Shown here: piece by piece, positions 1 to 13,800 of the stretch | How the letters are laid out: every line of letters begins with the position of its first letter | Numbering within the stretch: the first letter of the stretch is position 1 | Assembly: GCF_964355755.1 (NCBI RefSeq) | Contig: NC_092670.1 | Span: forward strand, 16,788,795 to 16,852,794 | Length of the DNA: 64,000 nucleotides | Reading direction: 5' to 3' | DNA from: Antedon mediterranea | Taxonomy: Eukaryota > Animalia > Echinodermata | Notes under the pieces: model-generated | Told to the model about the DNA's origin: nothing | Database searches by the model: none | What the model saw: only the letters and a program-made list of their open reading frames with translations | Position numbers and translations under genes: made by a program

Positions 1-1770
1 TGACCTCTTGTTTACATAAGATAAGATAACTTTACTTCGTCCACAAAACAAGTGGAAATAATGGTGCTTGTCTCATACAAAGATAAAACATAACGGAAAA
101 ACAAATATCAAACAATTCTATCCTAAAGTTATTAACATCAATATCAAGTCATAAAGTCAATAATAGACATCATATAATAGAATTATTTCACTTTACTATG
201 CCACTGTTGAATTTTGCCCAGAAAAGTAATTAAATTAGCTCTTGGTAAAGTGTATGAACCAATGAACACCAACCCACAAGTTTACATCATTAAATTTGCA
301 CCTTTGTTCTCTTCTAGTCTTTGGCCGCTGCTGCTGGGTTCTTCTACAGTAACCATCTTCAACTTGAATGGCAGTTGTTAATACTGGTGATATCCGGAAC
401 TCTTGGAACGATCACTTTCTTTATGGTTGAAAGAATTGCCAGCGAGGCTTCAAGAACATGCTATCGCAAAATTTAACTTGATAGACTATAACATCGAAAA
501 TAGACAATGCAATAAGGGTTCTTGCTAAATATGCTACCAGAATACAGTTGTACAAGATGGAGCCTATTTTTCATTGACTTGTGCCAGTGTCTCCCTCTTA
601 TGGCGGCATATTGGAGCGTTACTAACCTTTGGTGGTGTCTGAACCTTAGAATTAATTAATAAAGGCTGAATAAAATCGTGCTACTGTACTTAATTATCGA
701 CCTTATCGATAGGATATTCTTTAAACAATTTAGACAATGCTTTTAAAGGTGATGACATTTACACATAGGCGATCAAAATTAAGAGTATTACAGTAAAAAA
801 ATGTACAAACTGTTATATTGATAAAAATGTTATGTATATTTTAAAAATTATTTATGTAAAGTAATTATGATTATTATTTACAGATATTTATTAATTGTCT
901 GAATAACACTGTATCATGTTAATTACATTTGTTATTTAACTGTACTATATTGTAATTTGGTGATGATAACAATGAAAATGCAATAAAGTATATATGTTGG
1001 TTTATTAAGGCTTTTCCATGTATTATATCTATTTCAACAGCAAACCACTGTGCAAGCTCTCTTGAAGGCATGTTTACTCTCTCATGGGAACCAAGCTTAA
1101 GTGTATTTTGGATGCATTTGGTGGTGGATTTGTATTCTGTATAGAGACATATCTCTACCAGGTGTTCAGACTGATCAGTTAGTACAAAGTGCAATGATGT
1201 GGTCTATATTGTAGGTAGATGTAAGTTTAAAGCCTCCATGATGCATGTTGAAATACAAATCAAAACATTAAATCCATCCATCCATGACAGCATCTCATTT
1301 TCAACAAAGCCAAAAGCCTTTTTGTAAAACATTTTTAGATAAATGATAATATTTTACCAAGCACATCACCATTTTCTTTTTACTACGGCAGACAACATGT
1401 GCATTCATTGATCCGAGAACATTAATGTGTGCCAATTTTACATCACAGTTTGACTTATGTGAACTGAAAGACAATGATTTGATTAACACAGCAGCAATAG
1501 CAACAACGTTTTAAACAAAGTTTGACATGTTTTTTATTTTTCTAATTACAATTTTAACATTTTTGAATCACAATTTCAGTTTTATGCTATGATACCAAAA
1601 TATTCATAGCTCTCTACAAAGCAAATAAAAAGAACTTAAAAGAAATTACATTTTGTTTACTTTGCTTATATACTTACTCAGTTTAGTTTTGATACCTTTG
1701 TCCTGCAAAATGAAACTAATCATCGGATATACAAAGCAAACGTGCTCAAATGTATTGCTGTGTCAAAGTA

Positions 1771-1962
1771 ATAATAATAATAAATGAAAACTTATATAGC
1801 GCCGGTATCCTCCACCCATGTGGCGCTTTGTGCATTAACAACGTGCGAGAACATCAGCGAATAGCGACGTCTTTAGGTTGGTCTTGAAACTGTTTAGACT
1901 AGTTGAGCATTTAACTGTTGCTGGTAAGCTGTTCCATACACTTGCGGCCGCAACGTAAAAAA
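1771..1962 (-). mobile_element. 3' end of CR1/L2-type LINE
   Basis: Minus strand translates FYVAAASVWNSLPATVKCSTSLNSFKTNLKTSLF, followed by an (ATT)n tail. Confidence 0.75.
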
Positions 1963-3566
1963 GTGAAGTGAATAAAAAGTGAATGTGGTGCTTAATTAAT
2001 CTAAGAACCTTTCTTAATTACAAATATGTCTTTGTCATCTTCATGTCCAGATACAATATATTACTTTGGATATTCTATAATTAACTATAGAACTTTGCAA
2101 CAGTCACCGTCATAAACTATATATTAATAAAAAGTAGTATATATAAATTCTGTAAATGTGTATATAATGTTATCAAAAGAATAGAAATTGATAAATTAGG
2201 CAAAATATTAAATTTATCACAATTCATAATTTTTATACATTTAGTTATTATTGTTTTTAATATAAACATAAAGTTAATTTAATTAAATTCATGTATTGTA
2301 CTGCACTGCAGTATGGAGACAGACTCCATGAATAGTTACAATATACTCTTACCCACATTTTAATTCATTGTATTCAGCTTGCTTCCCAAAATGTACCCAA
2401 TTATGTGCATGCCTAATGAGTCCGTGCAGGAATTATTCAGTTAGATAAATGGCAACCAACATAACTAAACAGCACAACACAACATTTAATTGCATAATTG
2501 TATCAAACTTAAATTTCTACATATTATATCTCAACAGAATTTTATTTAGCTCCTTTATTTAATGACATTTTTTGGTGTGAAAATTCAAAAAATATACGCA
2601 AGTTGTCCAAGTAAGTACCTCCATTTTAACACTGTTCATTAATACAAAAAATATATTTAAAAATCAATTCAGAACAGTTTGATTTGATGGCATGTGCACC
2701 TCATTTCTTATTGGAAAGCCTGCAGAGCTTGGCCTATAGTGTAAGTTACTACTTAAAATTATGTGAAACAATACACAGTGCTATAAAAAATGTGTTTTAG
2801 GAAGATTTCTTATGTTATTTATGAATTATTATTAATAAAAAAAAACTTAATTTAAAAAATTACCAAATAAAAAAGTGCATGCGATGTTTTAAATAAGAAG
2901 GTATGTAAGAATACGTCTGAGACTAAAATGCTATTTGTATTGTCTCCTTGGAAATGATATATACATCACTGTTCCCAGCAATATAAAATCATTTTATCCT
3001 ATGTTTGTTGTTTACCCTTGTATAATAGTGAAATTGCAAAATGAAAAGACTGTGCATTATTCAAACAAATAAGAACATTATTCAAATTAATTGAAATAGA
3101 ACAAAAAATTAAATTAAATTTAGTGAATAAATTAAAGAGATACTTACATTTTCATTATAAATACATTATATATTTGAATATAATTAAAATATAATTAAAA
3201 ATATTAAAATATAATTAAAAACATAAATAGAAATTCATTTACTTATAAATAGTTTTTGTTTATATCTTATTTATAATTTTAAACTAGAAATATTAAAAAT
3301 TAAAATTATATATAGATTTAGTGAAGCATGAAAGGTAGGTTTTAAAAGTAAACAATTTACAATTGCACAGTTTCACTAGGATTGGGTTTGATTTTTTAAA
3401 CTGTAACTCATAATTTTTACAGGAATTGCCTAATTTTACCTATATATATGGCAGATAATTTTTAACGACTGAATGTTAAAGCGTACTTTACAATTATTTT
3501 AATGGTTTATTCATAATTATTTTATTATAACTATCCATTTCTACTATTATAGTTGGTGTATCTGTT

Positions 3567-4867
3567 TTATATATTCTGTGAGCCACATTCCTCCACTTGG
3601 ACTATTGGTAACCATATAGGAGTAGATAAATGTTCATCATTATCAACTGGAGCAACAGGTTTACTAGGCTCTTGGCAGTCAACATTAGAAGGCCTAGAAG
3701 TTGTTTCTGTTGCAGCTGTTTTACTAGGCTCTTGGTAGTCAACCTTAGAAGGCCTAGAAGTTGTTTCTGTTGGAGCTGTTTTACTAGGCTCTTGGTAGTC
3801 GACCTTAGAAGGCCTAGGAGTTGTTTCTGTTGGAGCTGTTTCACTAGGCCATTGACAGTCCTCGGAAGGCCCAAGAGTTGTTCCATTTGGAGATGGCATA
3901 CTAGGCCCTTTGCAGTTATTATCCTTGCTAGAGTTTTCAATGTCATTATTTTGTATCTGTTCTTTTCTTGGTTGCCTAGGTCTTGTTCCTCTGCGAATTA
4001 ATTTAGGTGACTGAAAATCAGTGTTGTCAGACTGATTTGCCATTTTGTTTTTCTGTATCTGTTCTTCTTTCGGAGGGGTCGGCCTCGTCGTACTATTGTC
4101 ACTACAATTAATTAATTCTGGTGATAAACAGCCATTACTTTTTTCTAGTTCATTGCTAGAGTTCATAGTATCACTATTTATCAGTTCATTTCTTAGAGGC
4201 CTAGAATTTCCGTTAAAAACTATGTTAGGCGATTGGCAATTATTGTCCTTTTCTTGCTCATCACAAGAGATCACCAATCCACCATCGCTACTATTCACCT
4301 CATCCTTCTGCGTAGGTCGTGACCCCCTGGCTACCCGTATCGGTGCTGGACTGTCTTTAATCTGTAATTTTTCTTCAGAATTTGATTTCTTTACTTTATC
4401 ATCCTCTGTTTCATTCACAGAAAAAATTTCATCACTGATTGAAAAGGCAGCCAAGGGAAGGATTTCGGTTTCGTTTCGAACATTTTTTTGTTCCGTTTTA
4501 CTATTTTCTGGTGAAAATACTGGCATATTTTCATCGTCTAATTCTATCAATTTTTCGTATGAACTATCTAACTTTGGATCCGCTAATCGAAGTGTATTTG
4601 AAGAACTAAGTCTTGTTCTATCGTTTGATTCGTCCGCAGACAACTCAAAATCAGGTTCATCGCTTAACACAATTGCAGGCACCGGAAGAAAGGCATTGTT
4701 GTTAATCAACTTTTGTTCAGTCATTGCCTTTAGGTCAAGAGATTCATTCGATTCATCATACGATTTCATTTTTTTCCTAGCTACTGGTGTAGGAGACCAG
4801 TGTCCTCTAAATGGGTTAGAGTGACGAGCTTTTTTCCGTAAAGATCGCTGCCTTGGTTTTCTGGTTT
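3567..4867 (-). CDS. Cav3: Cav3 terminal exon: long low-complexity C-terminal tail to stop
   Basis: ORF 3567..4901; ctttcag acceptor in phase 1; assigned to Cav3 by phase and position rather than homology. Confidence 0.78.
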
Positions 4868-7800
4868 CTGAAAGATTAAAAATACACATTTTCCAAGTCA
4901 AAAATATCTTTAATTTTCAAAATATAGCATAAATGTGTTGTTGTTGTATTTCAACTCAGTGCCAATGTGTGATATCATAATTGCATTTAAATTTGATTGT
5001 ATCATTCCTTTCTATTTTATATTTGTAATGTTTTTTATGTGCATTATGTATTTTTATACAGCTTTATATAGTTCTATAGTATTTTTATACAGCTTTATAT
5101 AGTTCTATAGTATTTTTATACAGCTTTATATAGTTCTATAGTATTTTTATACAGCTTTATATAGTTCTATAGTATTTTTATACAGCTTTATATAGTTCTA
5201 TAGTATTTTTATACAGCTTTATATAGTTCTATAGTATTTTTATACAGCTTTATATAGTTCTATAGTATTTTTATACAGCTTTATATAGTTCTATAGTATT
5301 TTTATACAGCTTTATATAGTTCTATAGTATTTTTATACAGCTTTATATAGTTCTATAGTATTTTTATATTTGAATTTCTTAGTTTTGACTGTCAGGCCTG
5401 CAGGCTGAAGTAATTGAGTTTATTTTGCCATCCATAGCCGGCCGATGACAACATTCTTTTTCTTATCTTGTTTTTAACTGTATATATTTATGAATGAATG
5501 AATGAAAAACACTTGCTCTTTGGTTAAAAGGTCAACCTCCAAACTTTGCAACATTTCATATTTAAAGCCCCCTTCACTACGTTTTTTAGATCTAATTTAA
5601 GATCACAAACTATATTTAATGTAAAAATAATACTATATGGTCCTATTGCGATAACTTTTTTCGTCTTTAAACGGTTAAAAATGTGAAAAATAAGTCGATT
5701 CTAATAATTATAGCGGCCCGCTATAAATCCCAAAATGCATTGCGCGCGGATTGATATTTTTGTTTTTCACCTGTAATTTGCCCACTTTTCTATCGATCGT
5801 GAGGCCAAAACAAATGGAAGACTCCTAACTTTTCAGCGAAAATACCGGGTTTTCCCCAATTTGTATTAACGGAGTCTGGCAAAAATAGAAAGACAATTAA
5901 TGCAGCAACTATACAACGTCAGGCTAGGTATATAGCTAGCGTATGATGTTCGTACGTTACCGATGTTTACCAGCTAGGCCTACAAAACTAAGCCTAGCTA
6001 GGCTAGGCCTAAGACCGTCCACGAGAGGTCGATCGCCGCGAGCTACTTAGGTAGTGCATTGTTTCTCACTTTTTATCATAATTTACCATAAAACGTACAT
6101 TTAAGACAAGAAATGACATGGTTTAATGTTTTTAAAGTGATATATATGTATTATTTTCCAAAAAACGTCCAAAATTGCAGGGAAGGGGTCTTTAAGTAAC
6201 TAACCTGCATTGATCTCTGCTTCTGTAGTTGAGCTGTCATTTTCACAATACGGTTTAAAACTAAATGGTAATGACTGAACACGGGAGACGGGTTGTTTCT
6301 GACCATAGAGTCTATGATCCTGTAGATTTTCGCTATGACAACTGTAGCTGGTCATACCCATTTCCATACCCTCATTTTCAGTCTAAAATAAAAAAGAAGA
6401 CAAAAAAGGTAATTATAAGAATGTAACAAATATGGTGATAACAAACATCCACAATTCTTGAGGAAAATGTTTGTGTGAAGTGGGCTCATTTTTACCAACG
6501 TTAGAACAAACACATTAAGCTCTGTCTACATCAAACTTTATGTGACAAAAAATGTGCCCTTATATGGACATGATGATGTCATATCACTACCATATTTGGG
6601 CACATCACACATTATTTTTGTCAAACTAGTTTGCTAGTGTAGACAGAGCTGTAGACAAAAGATGTGACAGTTTCACATTCACTCCTTCATCAAATTTTGA
6701 AGCGGCATGACGTTTTTAGCTATTTAAAATTGTTTTCCATAGTTCAGTACAAAAAAAAATCGTCTGATGTTTCATAAATATTGCATGATTATGATCTTGT
6801 TCCTATTGGTGCGTAAATTTCGAATGAACTTTTAGATTATCGTCCTCATGTCTGGCATGTCACAGTAGCTAATAGTAAAGCCTTTCATCTATAGATTTCA
6901 AATCTCAGTTGTGAAACTTTTAACAATTTAAAATTGTTGCCATAAATGAATTGGTAAAGTTATAAACAATTTAATAGTGCATTGCTAAGCTTAAAGTAGA
7001 TATACAATGCATTAATATCATCTATGAATACATATTATTATTATGAATATAGATCACAAATTATGACTATAATTATTTTGCATAGCAGACATGCTAATTA
7101 TGTTTTGCATTAGCTTGAAACAATTTATAATATCAAGAAAAGACTATACACTAAAGATACAGGTTATTGAATGTGAGCTTATACAAATAAACAATTTGCT
7201 GATATTAGAACTATAATAATATGAAAAGTACTATATTATAATACAGTAGTAAAGAAAAATAATATGTATTACTTTTAAGTTAATATATTTGTGCATAGGT
7301 ATAAAATATACACAAGGTGTGTATAATCTATTAGTGCATGCAATTGATTTGAACAAAAAATGTTAAAAAAAATGCATTTTGAAAAAAAAAATCATCTAAT
7401 AAAATGAAATTCTGTTAAGAGTATATAAATAATTTTTTTAATAAATTGGTGGAAAAGGTGAAAGATATATATAAGAGATAAACTAAAAGTATTATATGAT
7501 GACATAGGTGCAGATCTGTAACTTAGAGTACAGGTCAGAGGTTATAAGATGACATGGGTGCAGATCTGTATGTTAGAGTACAGGTGAGAGGTTATATGAT
7601 GACATGGATGTGGATCTATATTACTAGGGTACAGGTCAGCTATATATCAGACAAGCTTTATTGGGTTTTGGCACTGACCATATGTGCACCCGCCAAAAAT
7701 TGTATTAATGAATAAAAATAACATGTTTTACCAAATGTTTTCTATCATAACCCAGAGAGAGAACGACTTCGGCTGGTGATATAAGCTAATGGACAGAACA

Positions 7801-10800
7801 AAATAGGGAGAAGGCAAACAAAAAACATTAAACAAACATTCATTCATCATTAAAACAATTTAATAAAGGTTAAAGGTTAATTATTAATACTAAAAATAAA
7901 GTACTCATTTTTCATCAATGTTATTTGTCGAAATTGTTTGTTTACTGTTATTAATAGTATCAACTGATTCATTGTGGTTAGGTTAATTAATGTTCTCTCA
8001 AAAAATAAATGTTATTTTTTCTATCAAAGTTGAGCTAATTTCACTCTTCCTTGGTTTAGTGTGTAAACAGTAAAGAGTGAAACATACTCTTTTTTGGTTG
8101 AGTGTGTAATCAGTAAAGAGTGAAACATACTCTTTCTTGGTTTTGTGTGTAATGAGTAAAGAGTGAAACATACTCTTTCTTGGTTTTGTGTGTAATGAGT
8201 AAAGAGTGAAAAATACTCTTTCTTGGTTTTGTGTATAATCAGTAAAGAGTGAAACATACTCTTTCTTGGTTTTGTGTGTAATCAGTAAAGAGTGAAACAT
8301 ACTCTTTCTTGGTTTTGTGTGTAATCAGTAAAGAGTGAAACATACTCTTTCTTGGTTTTGTGTGTAATCAGTAAAGAGTGAAAAATACTCTTCCTTGGTT
8401 TAGTGTGTAATCAGTAAAGAGTGAAACACACTCTTTCTTGGTTGAGTGTGTAATCAGTAAAGAGTGAAACACACTCTTTCTTGGTTTTGTGTGTAATCAG
8501 TAAAGAGTGAAAAATACTCTTCCTTGGTTTAGTGTGTAATCAGTAAAGAGTGAAACACACTCTTTCTTGGTTGAGTGTGTAATCAGTAAAGAGTGAAACA
8601 TACTCTTTCTTGGTTTTGTGTGTAATCAGTAAAGAGTGAAACATACTCTTTCTTGGGTTTGTGTGTAATCAGTAAAGAGTGAAACATACTCTTTCTTGGT
8701 TTTGTGTGTAATCAGTAAAGAGTGAAAAATACTCTTCCTTGGTTTAGTGTGTAATCAGTAAAGAGTGAAACATACTCTTTCTTGGTTTTGTGTGTAATCA
8801 GTAAAGAGTGAAACACACTCTTTCTTGGTTGAGTGTGTAATCAGTAAAGAGTGAAACACACTCTTTCTTTCTTGGTTGAGTGTGTAATCAGTAAAGAGTG
8901 AAAAATACTCTTTCTCGGTTTAGTGTGTAATCAGTAAAGAGTGAAACATACTCTTCCTTGGTTTTGTGTGTAATCAGTAAAGAGTGAAACATACTCTTTC
9001 TTGGTTTAGTGTGTAATCAGTAAAGAGTGAAACTTACTCTTTCTTGGTTTAGTGTGTAATCAGTAAAGAGTGAAACACACTCTTTCTTGGTTTAGTGTGT
9101 AATCAGTAAAGAGTGAAACATTACTCTTCTGTAGTATAATCAAATATAACAAACATAACAATAACAATGAGACCTAAAAATTAGATGAAAAGATGAGTTT
9201 AAGAATTAGAAGAGAAGGATAAAGTACCTTAAGGAGTGGAGTAAGAGCTGAAGCTTCTTCCTGCAGAAGAAAAAAAGAATTGTGCACATAACAACAACAG
9301 TGAAAATAGTGGAGAGAATTATATGCTTCTCATACTAACTTAATTATTGTATAATGCTAGCACACAGGGGTGGATCTAGGATCAAATAGGGCTGCGCTAA
9401 TAGATGCTACTAATTAGTCTGTCAAAAAAAGTAGTTAATTTTAGGTAATCAAATTAAGGTGTTTATATGACAAGTTAGAACACCTCTTTTTGTTCTTTAG
9501 GAACACAGTTATTTATATCTTTTTCTATATTGAAATCAAAATTTAATTTAGCCTACAAATCCTATTTGAACTAAAAGATTATACAGTACAGATTGTCCCA
9601 TGCAAACCTTTATTGTTAAAGTAGGTACCCACAACACATGGGAAGGCATTCCTCTAAAGACATATAGGTAAGTTTACTTTTTTACATTACACACTTACAT
9701 ACTTGATGCTAAATTGACTACAAATACAAAACATCCTCATTTCGGGGGGTGATTAAACTTGCAAAAACAAATGTGAAATATTTGATAGAAGAATGTAGAG
9801 TGGAGAAATAAATAGATGACGAAAATAAAGAAGTGACTTGGAGTCTTGACAAGATATTTGTTTAACATTCACACAAGAAAAACAAATGTGCATACAGTAG
9901 GTCAAAGCTCATTGTGCAACAGTGGTGAAATGTACATCTGAATATACTTTAAGTGCATCATTGAGGAATTCCAACATTCCCCACAATAACTATTATGACG
10001 TTGGCTGTACCTAGTATAGATTGAATTTTTCTATATAACTTTTTGGTTTCAACCAAGACACAACACATGGGACATACTGTAGGTGTAACTCATGTAATTT
10101 GACCAACCATTGATCAATAAATGATGTATTTTTTATCATAATTTATTGTATTAGCAAGCAACTTATAAGCAATACTTAACCAAGTATTATTTAAAGCTTT
10201 TATAATAAATACAAAATCACATAGTTTCTGCCACCATACATAAAGAGCACCAAAATAAATACAGGGCAAGCTTACAGGAGTATTGAGTGCAAATATCGAC
10301 AAAAAGGAATTTTCATTTGTAAATGTACTGTATATGGAGTTATTATAATTTTTATTTAAAAATTCCTTTTTATATAAACAAAATTCAACCAGGGGTGCAT
10401 GTGTGCTCTGTACATCATCATATTTATTATACCTTTTTGCTTTGTTCAGAATTATTTTGCGCATCCTCTGCCTGTGATAAAAAGATATTTACAGCATAAT
10501 TTAACGAACAAATATTGAGGCACCATGCCAACATGTTTCAGCATCCAACAGATGTTACAATTGTGTTGATAATTTTTTTAACATTAATTAATTTTGAACA
10601 AAAGCTAGTTCACACAGCCATACTTCTGACTGCACATATCGTCAGCACCTATCTTGGTATTCAATATGTTTGTGATAGTAGCATGGTTACTCCTAAACAG
10701 TATCAGTTGTAACTTATCTTAGTGACAGAGGATTTTGAAATAGAATTGTAAAATGTACTGAACTTTAAGCCAATGTCCTATGTGCATTGCTGGATTGAAT

Positions 10801-13800
10801 CTATGGGTTGAAGTAACTTTAATACAGAACATGACCAACTATTGAGGGCTACAAATAAACTAAACTTCTACTCCAAGTTTCTATCGTGTTGGAAGATTAA
10901 AATAACAATGTTCCTTTATGATTGCATGTTGCTGATGTTAACTTACTTCACTTTGGGCAATTGCCTCTGCCAGATCTTCCTCTTCTTGAATAGTTTCATT
11001 CTCTAATTTATGCGCTTCATCAAGATGTTTCATCAACACTGCCACCACTACATTCACAAGGACGAATTGCGCCATCAGGACGAACGATACAAAGAACAAC
11101 GGAGCAATTACTGAATTTGCACAACAGTTCTGTTTGCAACTTGCCGATGAATCACACCCATCTGACCTAAGTGTGTCCTGCAAATCAATGAATATGTAAA
11201 TTAGCATATGGATATGCAAATTAGAATATGAGTATGTAAATTAGCATATGAATATAGAAATTAGCATATGAGTATGAAAATTAGAATGAGTATGTAAATT
11301 AGCATATGAACATATAAATCATATGGTTATGCAAATTAGCATATGAATATGTAAATTAGCAAGTATAAATATGTAAATTAGCAAATATTTTTGTATAAAT
11401 AATATTTGTTGGCATGGCATCTTTTGGAAAAGAGTACATACTACTATGGCAATCTAGTCCTTTTTAAGCTCTGTCAATATTCAATGCTTTGGTCTAACAA
11501 CACTAAAAGTTGAATCAATAGTGATGAAAACTGTTCATAATTCCTTATACTCTTGTCTTTGTGTTTAATAACACTCTCATTTTACTATTTACACAGGTGC
11601 TGGAGAGTCTCTTTGTTTTCATCTGTACACTAATCATGCCTTACCTTCATAATACCATTCCAATTATCACCAGTCGCAACACGGAACAGTGTGAGGAAAG
11701 CAATAAAAAAGTTTTCAAAAGAAGCATGCCTGCCAAGACCTTCACAAGGATTGTCTTCAGAACAACCTATGTGTTATATAGAAACGAATAAACAGTATAA
11801 ATAATGATTTTGTTTAGAAAGATGCTCCCTAGTACCATCTGCCATGTTGATTTTATCCCCACCAATCATCATTGCCATCACTGTATTATAAGTCATAATA
11901 TTTAGATAAAATACGGTTCAGTATTACTTCTTACCTAATCGTCCAAATAACTCAACTCCCAAAGCAGCAAATATAAAAAATAAAAGAAAGAAAAGAAGAC
12001 CAAGGTTTCCAACCTGTTGGGAAAAAATTATAAATAAATAACTATCTCATAAGAACATATAAGAAGAAAAACCTGCATTTTTAGGCTAATTTGATAGTAT
12101 GATCAACTGGGCACCCTTGGGCTGGCATTTTGAAAAATAAAACAAATTTGGATGATTAAAAAAGTGAATTTTATTGAGCTATATAATTAGTTTAATTTGT
12201 TACAGCTGGCTGTAATCCCATAGTTAAATATACACCATGTTGTATACAAATTATTTTTAAATATGTCTATATATAAACTGAATTTTACAGTATACAAGTT
12301 AAAGTTATTCCCACGCATTTCTAAAAGCAGATTTGACTTACTATAATTACTACAAAGGTAAAATCTATATATAGCAACAGTATAAAACTACAAAAACAAT
12401 ACTAAAAAATAATACTAAGAAAATAATACGCAACTATATAAAAATGTTATTTAGGTTTTGTTGATGAAAATCATCTGACAAACAAAAATAACTATTATGT
12501 CATGGATGATGTCATAGATTCCAACAGGCTGTGCCAATTACAGCACTTTCAATCACTAAATACGTATACTGTATGGTCAAATATTTATTACTATATTTTG
12601 TAAAATTGAAATGAATACTCCACAATGTTTACCTGAGGAAAAGATTTCTGTACAGTGTACAAAAGGGTACGGATGCCATGAGCATACCTTAACAACTTGA
12701 GAACTACAAAAGACATAACATGCAAAGAAAATGGAGGGAAAAAGCAGACAATAACACTATTAAACAACATGCAACATCAAAAAAATCTATACTGGTAGTC
12801 TATAAACAACATTCAATCTCACGTTCTCAAAAGCATTAAAAAAATTTTAAACAAATGATTATGTGTTTGAAACAAGAGCATCCAATTGATTGTTTTTCTA
12901 TGTTTTGAGAACATGTGTTTGAAGTTACATACTACAATAAAAGCTAGTACAATTACATTTCAATTCAACATTGATGTTTGATGAAATATCCAGAAATTTA
13001 AAGCCATAAGTCATCAAGCAACAGTTTGTCATAATTGTAACTAAGATTGAGGTCAACAACGGATCCAGCTGACCTACTTTTTTATTGTTGAATTGTATCA
13101 CATTGTATGTGACATACATCAAGATCAATTCAAGAACATGTATGCATTTCAATAATGGCATAATAACAATAAGCATTTGATTTTAACATTTAAATACTTG
13201 TCTCGTGCAAGATCCCATGGAAATGTACATACAAGTGACAAGGTACAGGAAATAAACATTGACTTGGTGCTGCATAAGCTTCTTGATGTCAACAATATAC
13301 AGTACGACAATCAACATACATTTCACTACATTATCAGTACATTCATGCACTGTATAGCTAATATGCAAGTGGCAACAATACATCTCTAATGTAAACCATC
13401 TTTATGGTGTAAATACAGTGAGCACAGCATGCTAGGAGGAATGGGTAATGGGTATTAAAATACATGCCAAATTTATGCCATGTACTCTCGACATTACCTG
13501 TGGTATCGCACCCATCAATACACCCAACAGCTCACGTAAACCTTTCATAGCTTTCATTATTTTTAACACTGTAGTGTCAAAGGTCAGCGTAGAAAAAACA
13601 ATATATTATGAATATTAAAAGTAAGAGGAGAAGAAATTGAATTTGTAAATTAAAGAGGTGTATATAGACAATAAAGAATTAAAGCTTTTTCTGTTACTAT
13701 AAACATACTGTATGATATTCAATATATCACTGTACTAACTTACCTCTAGCAATTCTTAAAACCCTCATAACACGTATAATGGTTGGATTAATTGGAATAA

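Noticed and set aside
4045-4824. 259-aa plus-strand ORF
   Set aside because: Antisense shadow of the Cav3 terminal exon
8045-9128. CRISPR-like appearance of regular repeats (also 35773-36120 and 49875-50510)
   Set aside because: Head-to-tail units with no unique spacers, no cas genes, eukaryotic intron context
13183-13383. Possible third DIV S4-S5 exon (ends ...MGSCTRQ|gtattt)
   Set aside because: No acceptor at the 71-nt position and no convincing similarity
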